NCBI GenBank assembly: GCA_037447605.1
Contig: CM074817.1
Coordinates: 2,232,001 to 2,296,000 of the forward strand
Origin: Zygnema circumcarinatum SAG 698-1b
Lineage: Eukaryota > Plantae > Zygnematophyceae
Direction: 5' to 3'
DNA length: 64,000 nt
The stretch's first letter is position 1; each line of letters starts with the position of its first letter. Position numbers and translations under genes: made by a program. Positions 15,522 through 25,839 of the stretch are shown here, one piece after another. The notes under the pieces are model-generated. The model worked only from the letters and a program-made list of their open reading frames with translations, did not search any database and was not told the origin of the DNA.

Positions 15522-18307
15522 ATGGTTGCAGCGTGCAAAGAGATGGCAGTCTACTGCTTTGATGTGCTGCTCGCACATTATACCGGCGAAGATGCTCCAA
15601 CGCCGTCCTTTGAGGGAGGATACTAGTAAATTTCCAACTGCGATTCACTCTTTAAGTGTCCAATTCACTGCTATGTTTAGAAATTGTTGTTGTAATCTGT
15701 TGGTGTAATCTAACAGCAATTTTTTATTATGAAGGTTCTGAGTTCTGAAAAAATCCTGGTTTCAGTTCCATTTCCCTGCAGTTTGGTCGTGATTCTGTAT
15801 GAGTTGTGCATTGTCTCATGCAGCGTCAAGGTCCTTGTTCAGATCATGCTTTCCATATGCATCTTTGAACGACAATTCTGACTGCTTTATCGTCCTGCGT
15901 AGGTGCGACCTTCACTACATTTCTGAATGCGTTGCAAATTGCGAAAGTCTAGTAGACCAAATAGCGTATGAATGTCAAGAATGCTGCGCCTCTGGACTCT
16001 ATGTTTGCTACATCACCAATTCGGCTCTTCTGTATCCTGATGGCCCTGCTTTTGCAGGATTATCTGATTTCCTGTTTAGTGCAATACTGCACTCATAATC
16101 CGGTTCGGAATGTTAAGTGATAGAACACCAGAAAATTCCATACTGAGTTACAGATATGTTTTCGTGTTGTAATCTTGCAAGTGCACGATGCATAAGATAG
16201 GTAATTCTGCGACTTGTCTGCATCGCAAGTATATGTCCAGCGCAATGCACCACACAAGATGTCATGATTTCCTGAATGTGATGTTGTATTAAATTCACAA
16301 ACCTGTCATCTGTTACTTTTTGTTGAAGCGATTACACTAATCATTCTTCAGCAAAATTCTCATTCGGCAATTGCCCCTCTCCTGCTTGAAACTACTTGTC
16401 TTGATGACTTGGCAGCTGCCAGCGGAAGCTCTAATCTAACAAAGGCAACAAGGTGATAGAAACGTTTCGTGAAAGCAATAGAAGTGTGTATCATCCGCGA
16501 AGCTTTTGCAAATAGCAAGGTCTATAAAGAGCTGTCTGTGGAGTTGACAATGGAAGCATCTGCTCGACTGGCGAACTGTTTCTTTCTCATGAAGTGAGGA
16601 ACGATGACTACATGTCTGGCTTCTGTTGTTTAATCTGGATGTGTATGGTGGAGGATAATTGGCAGTTGCCGTGCTTGACGGTGTAGACTAGATTGCAGAA
16701 ACATAAGCACTTGGACGTTCGTGAGAGTATGTCTGTCTTTCTTGTTGGTGTAGTTTTGCGCAAGACTTATGTCGTTTTGTCTCTGGCCCTCCTCTGTCCA
16801 GTCCTCTGTTTGTGACATGGAAAAAAGCCCATAATGGCTGTGAGCCGCGTCTCCGTGGGTGCATTGGAACATTGGAAGCTCGCTGTGTTGTATCAGGGTT
16901 CAAAGACTACGCTCTTACAAGGTGCGGCAAACGTTTTCGTTCTCCTCGAAGGAAAAAGAGGGAAAATATTTTGTGCCAAGATTCTATTTGTTTTTCATCT
17001 TTTGTTAGTTGCCTCCTCGTAATCTTTACATAACTTGCCTGATATGGCACGTGGCATCATTATTGGATCAATAATGATCAATTGGATTATCGTGGATTGG
17101 TAATTCAAAGAAGTTTTTTTTGTGCAATGACGACTGCTGTCTCCAAAGCCGGAATAGGGAACATGAGCATATCGTATTGGGTAGCTTGTGCATTGTACAA
17201 CTAGTTATCTATTTCCTGAATCCTTTTGGATAGGCTACTTCAACTTATAGTGCGTGTAATTTGCATGATGACAGTGCCCTTCGAGATCGGCGCTTTTCCC
17301 CGATTCAAGCAAAGGAGATTCCGTTCTTGGAAGTGACCGTCTCCTTATTGACGAACTATGAGGTAGCTGGAAGCTACCTGGACTGGGAGGTAAGTTTTCG
17401 GATGATCAGTTTTAATGCAGATTGAAATGACAAGAATAATCATAAGTACTAATATCTTTTGTCTGGATTTTTCGTGAATGAAAGGATGTGACTTGAAGTG
17501 AGGCACACGGATACAGCTATGGAAGCATTTAGTCTATCTCACAGGATTGTAAGCTGTGTACGCATGTACCTTGGATAAATTTTGTGTGATAAGCAATTTC
17601 CCGGTGTGTTCGTTTCAACAGGTTGGAAAACATGGAATGATTTTGGAATTTTCGGATCCTGCACACACTGGACGGCGGAGCGCAACGTATTTGCCAGAGG
17701 TGGCAGAGCAGGAGGGTAAGGGGGGAACAGACTGAGGAGAGGAGAGCGACATGAGGGTCATACTAAAGGTGCGACTAAAGTAGTCCAAGGGGTGAAGGCG
17801 ACTAGCAATACACGACTGCATGAGGAGCCACAAGCAGACAGTTGCAGCCTTAGGCTGCAGGCATTAACTCTAGTTTGTTATCTTCTTTGCAAAGGATGAG
17901 CAAAGCTCTTTATGGTTTCAATAACCTGAAAAGGTCGCTCAGGAAGCTGAGCATTGTGAGTTGACGGTACTTCATATGTCAGCCTGGGTTTATCTTAATT
18001 GTAATCGGACAGCAGGATATGACGGAATAGCTCTTAACTCTCCTCCTTCTCTCTCCTCCCCCCCTGCTTGTTTCTTTCCTTACCTGTAGTTCTATCTGTG
18101 GGCTGGCGAACAGGATGGACGAAGCTGGAAGCAGTCGATTCCCTTGTGCGCAAGTCTGGTTATAACGGGCCCATAACAGAGGCACTCCGCCAAAAGCTGC
18201 GAATTACTCGCTACCAGAGCTCCCTCTTCACTCTCCCCTTCCCGGATTATGTGGACTATGTGCAGCGCACCCGGGGATACACTCCTACTGCCGTTCTTAG
18301 GAGCTGA
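15522..18307 (+). CDS. AMMECR1: AMMECR1-domain protein, 5 exons
   Basis: Exons 15522-15625, 16802-16921, 17275-17389, 17622-17715, 18114-18307. Motifs PLFVTW, LRGCIGT, YALTSALRDRRF.PI, DWEVGKHG, SATYLPEVA, RYQS. Confidence 0.94.
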
Positions 18308-19370
18308 CTAGAGGAGCAGGAGGAGGAGCAACAAGCAAGGAATTGCTGCATTCTTCCTTCCTCCTTGTTCTTGCGCCTGAGGAAAAGCAATGGGAAGCCG
18401 CGCCTTCGGAAGAGAGCATCTTCAAGCGGCATTCTACTATCAGATCCCGAAGTGTGAATGCATTCTGTATCGAATGAGCACCACTACTTCACTTGTATGC
18501 TGTCCTGCAGGCCTGTTACTTTCATTCTGCAAGCTCGTGCGGCTCGTTCTGAAGTGGGGGAGCACCACTTTAGTCAACCTGACTCTATGGCTAAGGCTCC
18601 TTAGTGAAGCATTAGTATATCTCTGGGCGTTTTTTGTGAATATGAAGCTCGTGTAGCATCACGAGGAAGGCTTTTCTGGTATTCCTCAATTTGGTAGAGA
18701 CTTTGCCTTGTAGAGCGGAGGCCATACTGCTTGGGTGCACGCATGCTGTGCATGCAAAGCCATCCATGGGCTTCTCATGTATGGGGACGCATGAGTGCCA
18801 TGGTTTTCGTCATAAGACAGTCCACTGAAGTATGATTCGCATTTCACTTCGAAGGGCCACCTGATTGGGTTGTGGGGGGGCGAGGGGGATTGGGAGGAGG
18901 AGGTGGGGGGGGTGGGTGGTGTAGGGTAGGGGAGGGCAGGGTTAGGATGATTAGGGTTTGTACCGGGTTAGAGTTTAGAATGAGCAACGTCTTTTGCTCT
19001 AGACAGAGGTTTGGCATAGAGGCTTTCGCCTTGACCTTGGCCTAAACCTGACTTCGGGAGCTGACTTAACGGAAAGTAGGCATCCAGGATTCATGACTCA
19101 GAAGGGGGGGTGGTGTGTCGGGGCTTCATTGTTCTGTGGAGAGGTTTTGGAAAATGAAACCGCTGACGATGGTGGCGTCTGCCGCCTGTGTGCTGTGATT
19201 GTTCCTTTATGGGCCGTTTTCCGCAATTTTCTGTAATGTAATATTGGGATGTACGTATGTTTTTTTCTTAATGGACACTTGTCTCCGCGTGAATAAGATT
19301 TTGTTTATGGATTTTTTTTTCCGATCACTGTATGTTTTTATGTATGGGATACTTAAGACCAGCGGAAAAT

Positions 19371-19474
19371 GGCATTGATCTCACGATGGCGAAGCCATCA
19401 AATGTACATGGACAAAAGCAGCATGGGGAACCACGAGGAACTGGTCACAAAGGACCTAAGCACGAAAGAAAAAG
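19371..19474 (+). repeat. ~105-bp dispersed repeat, copy 1 (SINE-like, A-rich 3' end)
   Basis: Core GCCATCAAATGTACATGGACAAAAGCAGCATGGGGAACCACGAGGAACTGG is shared with copies at 38587, 38878 and 47596. Confidence 0.85.
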
Positions 19475-19989
19475 CGAGGAGCTTCTACGAGTGCAATCCT
19501 ATGCAAGCGATGCAGCTCTGTTTTGGTTAATGGAGCTTCAAAGCCTCAATCGAGTTTCGTCAGCCCCCTCACATGCATATGCGCATACACACCATAGGAC
19601 ATATCATCAAATATTTCTAAACACATTTAATAAAAAAGTTACATGTATTGATGTGAATACGTTTGTGCTTGGCCTTTTTGCACTGCAAGGTGTGCAAACT
19701 TCTCACATGTAGAAATTGAAGACAACTGTTTAACTACCTTCTCCCTGATGTCTGCTGACGCTATAAAACCACAACTACAGAATCTGTACAGCCTGAAAAA
19801 AATGAATAACCTTCAAACTACCTCACATCTTTTCCACCCTCTGCGGAATAAATGTTACCGCGGTGAAACCAATGCTGCTCCCGTGGATATTAATAGCCCT
19901 AATTCGCCACACCCAAAGATTGACATACTAAACCTCTGCATGCGCCCAGAAACCCTACAAATCTTGAGAACTGCACCCCACACAATCCA

Positions 19990-20253
19990 GAAACCCTCAA
20001 CTAGACCCCAAAACCCTAAACCCTTCACCTTCATCCTAACTTCTAACCCCTGATCCGTAAAGCATTCACCCTAAACCTAAGCTGTAAACCCTGAACCCTA
20101 ACCCTGAAAGTATAAATCCTAAACCGTAACCGCTAGACCCTGACCCTTGATCCAGAATTTGTAGCCCCTGAACCCTTCACTCCCCTAACCCCTGAATCCT
20201 AAACCGTAACATCTAAACTCTAAACTCTGAACCCTACAACTGAACCCTAAACT
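19990..20253. repeat. Degenerate telomere-like (AAACCCT/GAACCCT)n tract directly 3' of the MFS2 stop codon
   Basis: Repeated AAACCCTA, GAACCCT and AACCCTG variants. Similar tracts occur at about 8720-8815, 22380-22530, 23040-23220, 23730-23890, 25590-26135, 45240-45270, 46575-46670 and 51070-51280. Confidence 0.8.
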
Positions 20254-23200
20254 CTACCTCGGCGAGTCCTCTCCCTCCCCCTTCCTTCCCTGCTTGCTGT
20301 ACAGCCGCTCATAGAGACCCCTCGTTCTCCAAGAGAGTGCCAATGTAGCGAAAACGCTCACCCCACACATGACAGCCATAATAAGGAAAGTTAACCTAAA
20401 GCATTTAGCTCCATAGCACGTCCTCCCTCCCTGAGGGAGAGACATCGGAAGACCCGTGGGAGAAGCAGCAGCTCCCTCTCCCACCACTCCCTCCATCTCT
20501 CCCTCCACCTGCATGTCGTACAGATAGCCCGCTATATTGTTGAATATGCACGATCCGAGGGGGTTGGCAATGGTGAAGCAGTTGTATATCATTCCGAAGT
20601 GGGTGAGTCCGAAAAGTTCGGAGAGGGAGGCGGTGAACATGCTGAAGATGACGCCATAGGAGAGGCCGATGATGAGAGAGCCGCCGTACATGGAGCCGGG
20701 CAGAGCAAAGGCGAAACAAAGGTGGCCCACAACCATGAGGCCCTGCGCCCACGCGATGAGGAGGGGACGGGGCTGCTGCCGGTGCCTGCAGGAGGGAGGG
20801 AGGGAGGGAGGGAGAGAGGGAGGGAGGGAGGGGAAGTGGGGAGGTGAGACGGGCAGAGGGGGGAGGAGTGGGGGAGAAGAGGGGGAGAAGAGGGGGCGAA
20901 GGGGGGGAGGGGGAGAGGAGGGGGGGGGGTGTGTGGGGGAAAGCGATGGAGGGGGGTGGGATGAGAGTGGGAGGGAGAGGGAGACGGGGGGTGAAAGTGG
21001 GGGGTGAGAGAGTGAGGGGGGAAGGGGAAGGGCGAGAAAGAGGGGGAGAGGGAGGGAGACAAAGAGACGGAAAGAATTGGTGGGAGGGAGAGAGGGGCGA
21101 ATGGGAGTGGGTAAGACAGAGGGGGCGCGCAGGGAAGGAGAGAGGAAGGGGGAGAGAAAAGAGAGAAAGAAAGGAAAGAAAAGAGCGAGAGAGAGAGAGA
21201 GAAAAAACTCTGTTAAGGATTCTCATAAAAAACTGGTCCAGACTATCCAAAAAAGAGCAAAAAACTGGGGAAAAACTGAATTTCAAAACCAGTACTGCGT
21301 GATTTGAAAAGCGGAATCCGTACCGCACAAGATACTCGGAGTAGAACCCTCCCCCCACTCGCCCCAAACAGTTCCAAATGCTGACGAGAGAAACCGGAAA
21401 CTTTACGTCATCATAGCCCTGAGCTTGTCCTATCTGCGCCAAATTATTAATGGCAGTAAGGCCGGTCCCCGCACCACATAACATCGCAAAAAAAGCCAAC
21501 CAAAAATTAATCGATTGTAGGGCTTCAAAAAGAGTAAAACCCTCGGTTGTAGGGTTTTTCAAACTACTCGAAATTTTCAATTTGAGTCGAGATTTTTCTT
21601 GGATTTCTTCGTCTTTTCCTCCGTGGTCTGTCCATTCAACAGACGAAGTGTGTTTTTTGATTTCGACCAATGGGGTCGAGTCGTCGTATACCCCATTTTC
21701 TGAATCGGACAAATTTTCGGGTTCCAAGTCATCAAATATTGGAGTTTCAACGTGTCTTTTCTTCATTTCTGCTTTTCTGTCTCTCTCCTCCTCCCTCTCC
21801 CTCTCCCTCTCCCTCTCCCCTCCCTCTCCCTCCCTTTCCAGAAGCTCCCTCTGCTCCCACCTTTCTTCGTCCGACCCTCCGTTTCCATGTGCAGTTCCGG
21901 TCCAAATCCGTATCGGAATTACGGATAGTAATGACAATATGAATACAATTCCGAAAACCACGAGTAGGCTTGTAGATTTCTGAACGGGGGTAATTGCTCC
22001 GATAATTGTATTTACAAGCAAAAAGCCGACGAGGACCAAAAGAACCATAAAAAAAAAATGGAAATTTTGTTTTTCCTCTTCGTCCATTCGTGCAGTACGC
22101 GGCCCCGGAGCTGTAAGAGGCAACATAGAACAGGCTCCATTCAGTTGGGAGGGGGAGGGAGGGAGAGACGAGGGAGAGGGAAGAGAGAGGGAGGGAGGGA
22201 GGGGGGAAGAGAGGAGGGTAAGGGGAGCGAGGGGAGGGTAGGGGCTAGGAAGAGGGGACGAGGAAGGGGGGGANNNNNNNNNNGGGAGAAGGGGTGAGAG
22301 AGGGTTGTGGGGGAGAAGGGGAGGAGATGGAGGAGAGGTGTGAGAGAGGGTGTAGGGTTAGAGGTGTAAGATGTGGGGCTTAGGGTTTAAGATTTTCTAG
22401 AAAATCTAGGTTTTAGGGTTTAAGGTGTAAGGTTTAAGGTTTAGGATTCGTGTTTAAAGTGGGAGCTTAAGATTTATTGGTTAAAGGTATAGGGTTTAAT
22501 GTTTAGGGTTCAGGGTTTGGTTTAGGGTGCTGCAGGTTGAGTTGGGGAGATAACAGTTTTGGAAGTTTGGAATCTGCCATAGGGGTATGAGGGCTAAATA
22601 GGGTACGCAAATTTAAGGTTTTTTTTATTTTCCCCCCCTCCCTTTTTTTTTCAAGCGCACTCACCTCCCAGAGAGGAGGCTGCAAAAAGAACTGCTTGGA
22701 GACAATGAGCCAGAGAGAGCCGTAGCCAATGAGATGCTGCCACGTGTCCACCACACAAACAGAAAATTCGAAATTGAGTTCGTGTCTTGAAACTGAAGTC
22801 TCTCACTCACTCATGCTCTCGCTTTCCCTTTTTTTTTTGTCTTTGTATTGTAAAATTTCGGAAGTAATTTGGTTTCACGGTTTTAACGTTTTACGGCGTT
22901 TCTTTCAATCTGCAGGTTTCAATATAGTGCGGATTCATGAATTAAGGGTATTAAGCTTGAGGTTGTCTCACGAGTTGAAGGATTTAGAGAATTGGGGTTG
23001 GATTTGCCAGCAAGGTTTTAGCTTATTATGCCTTTTCCACTTTAGGGCCCAAGGGTTCAACATTCAGGGTTAAGAGTTCAATATTAAGGAATCAAGATTC
23101 AGATTTAGATCAGAATTTAGCCTTCAGCCTTCAGCGATGAGCCTTCAGGCTTCAGAGTTGAGGGTTGCGAGTCGAGTGAGGCCCGGGGGTTCAGGGTTCA

Positions 23201-24219
23201 GGCTTCAGAATTTAGGGTTCAGCGCTGAGCGCGGAGGGTTGAGGGTTCGAACCTGCGCCGCCCCAATGGCGAGCGAGGCGGAGGGCGGGAGGAGGGGGAA
23301 GAGCGCGCCCGCGAGGAGGCCCGCGTTGGTGCCCACGTCCTTCGCGGAACTCACGGCCGCCATCTCGCGCTGCCCGTACCCCAACTGCGCCTGCAGGCAC
23401 GGACGCTCCATGGACCGCAGTTCTACGGACTGTTCAACGGACCGTTCGAAGGATCGTTCAACGGACTGTTCAACGGACTGTTGAACGGATCGTTCGACGG
23501 ACTGTTCAATTGATCGTTCAAACGGATCGTTCAACGGACTGTTTGACAGATTGTTCAATCGACTGATCAATGGACTGCTCGGCTGATGGAATGTGTGCAT
23601 CAATCGAGGTTTAATTGATGCGGTTATTTGAATTGCAAGACATTTGGACTTTGGGTTTGGAGGGTGAGATCGGCAGGGAGGAGGAGGGGCTTTGATTATC
23701 AACTCGAACCTGCAACACTCCCTGAAATTTAAACCCTGACCTTAGAAACTTGAACCCTTAATCGTAAGTCCTGAACCTAGTTCCTGGACCACGAACCCTC
23801 CCCTAAAGCCTAACCCTGAGCCCTGCATCCACATTCTTGATCCTGAAGCGTAAGCCCTGAATTCAAAAACCCTAAACCCTGAACCCTAACCAGACCTTGA
23901 TTGCGGGCGAGTAGATGGCGAAGGAATAGGAAAGCCCCGTGCTTGCCAGGAGCCACATTGCAGCCGCCATGGCCAGCCACCTCCCGCTCTCTTGAGAGGA
24001 GGAAGAGTGGGAGGGTCGCAGAAGGGAGGAGAGAGATCCAGAGAGGAGGGAGGGGAAAGAGGGAATTGAGGGGAGGGAGGCGAGGGAGGAGAAGGAAGGT
24101 AGAGAGAAGAGGCCATGGCGGCGGGCGCGCTTGCCCAGAGGTACAGCTAGGGCTTCCTTCCTCTTGAATATACGGGAGACGAAAGAGAGGATGGAGGGAG
24201 GGAGGGGGATCGCAGCCAT
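20254..24219 (-). CDS. Nodulin-like / NFD4-like MFS transporter, copy 2; one internal exon missing from the assembly
   Basis: Exons 24219-23896, 23390-23253, 22736-22665, [exon 4 not found; N-gap at 22274-22283], 22110-21324, 20785-20254. Intron positions and phases match copy 1, and exon 2 is 138 nt in both. Confidence 0.88.
23426..23570. repeat. 12-bp minisatellite (CGGACTGTTCAA / CGGATCGTTCAA), about 12 units, in MFS2 intron 1
   Basis: Units can be read at 23426, 23438, 23450, 23462, 23474, 23486, 23498, 23510, 23523, 23535, 23547 and 23559. Confidence 0.9.
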
Positions 24220-24504
24220 GGCGGCTCGATCAGTGGGAGAGAGAGAGAGGGAGTAGGAGAGGAAGAGGGAGTGATAGAGAGAGAGGGGGACTTCTGTACG
24301 GAAAGGACGGTGGGCCGTTTGGCGGTTGACTTGCTACACTTTTTGGGCGGAACCGTCGGAGGCGGCCAGATTTGTCGTTTTCTGAAAGTGGAAATATCGG
24401 TATATCGCCAACGTATCGGATAGGACCGTCAAAACGTGCCGGTGCCGGCTGCCGCCGCTTGCGCCGTTAGGCCAGGGCCGTACTTTCGCCGGCCAATGCC
24501 GCTA

Positions 24505-24990
24505 CAGTAGGGGGTCCTCATATTTACCGCCCTGAGGAGTGCGTCCCCAAGAAATTCGCCCCGATTTTGCCGAAACCACCTTTTTGTACGGTAACTTTAT
24601 GTTAGCCGTACTATTCGTACTGTCCGTACTGCTCGTACTAGCTGTACTAGCCGTTACGGGCTTACGCAAAGTTCACCTTATCTCCCCAAACGTGCCGCCG
24701 TAAGAGGCGCTCGCTCTTCTCCCCTTCTTTTTCGATTCGATACGATACGGTATGATACGGTACGATACGAAACGCCCCGATACGGCACTATCCGTACTAG
24801 CCGTACGAGCTGTAGTAGCCGTTACAGTACGATACGGTACGATATGGTACGGTACGATACGTACGGTCCAACATGAACTCTAACATAATACCGCCCGTCT
24901 ATTGGTAACACGAACCTTATATATGCAAAATCAATATTTTCGCCTCATATTGGCCAAAACCAGGGTGGAAAATATGAGGACCCCCTACTG
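24505..24990. mobile_element. Non-autonomous MITE, Tc1/mariner type (486 bp, 30-bp TIRs, TA target duplication)
   Basis: Left TIR CAGTAGGGGGTCCTCATATTTACCGCCCTG (24505-24534) matches the reverse complement of 24961-24990 at 28/30. Flanked by TA at 24503-04 and 24991-92. The interior is homologous, in reverse orientation, to 35367-35935. Confidence 0.92.
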
Positions 24991-25839
24991 TACCGCACAT
25001 AGATACAGTAGAGCAAAGTCATGGTTTCGAATTCCAATCGTCGAGTGAAGCCAAAGCCGGCAACAATCTGCCGGCCATATCCGATACGCCGGCGATACGA
25101 CGATATGTGTTTATAATACCATCTGGCCACCCGCCGCCCAAGCCCTCGCCGTATGGCCTCTCCGCCATTACAGGCCGACGGGTGGTCGGCGGCTTCTGAT
25201 TGGCTGGAAATCGGACACCAGAATCTGGTGGTGTCGAGTCACGCCGCCTCCGTCGTAAGGGCCCTGTCCTTTACGAGAGACGCGAGACACGTGGCCGTGT
25301 GAAGTGGTATCGAGATATTATCTCTTTGTATCAATTCGATATATTACAGAATTGATTCGAATCGAGGTATTACCGAGCTATATTGAGTGATGCCATCGAA
25401 CTGGATCTAACGGAAATATATCGAGTATAGTAGTATCGCGATATTACCGATTGAATCGATCGAGATATACCGTATTCTAATTTTCAAGGAGGGATACGAT
25501 AAAAAAGAGTCTGGTCCAGTCCAATCCCCGGCCAGCTTCGCACGTGTTGTTTCCGTCCCCTACTAAAGCCCCTTGCAGGTCCGCTATTTCTAGGGTTTAA
25601 CTTTTTTTTTTTTTTTTGGCAAGGATTCGACTCGTGCCAGGATTCAGGGTTCAGCTGATAGGGGGTTTTAGTAGTGGTAAGGGTTAAGAGCCTGATAGAA
25701 AGTGCCAGAGTTTAGGTTTCAGAAACGTATGTCTCAGGGCCCAGGATTCAAGGTTCACAAGTTTTAGGGTTTGAGTAGCAAGATTTAGGGTTTAGGGCTC
25801 AAGGAAGGGGCTCAGGTCTTGCTAGGGTTCAGGGCCACC

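Noticed and set aside
25300-25500. ATCGA/TATCG-rich stretch upstream of RPAC1
   Set aside because: No periodicity, TIR or TSD could be established; treated as low-complexity promoter DNA.
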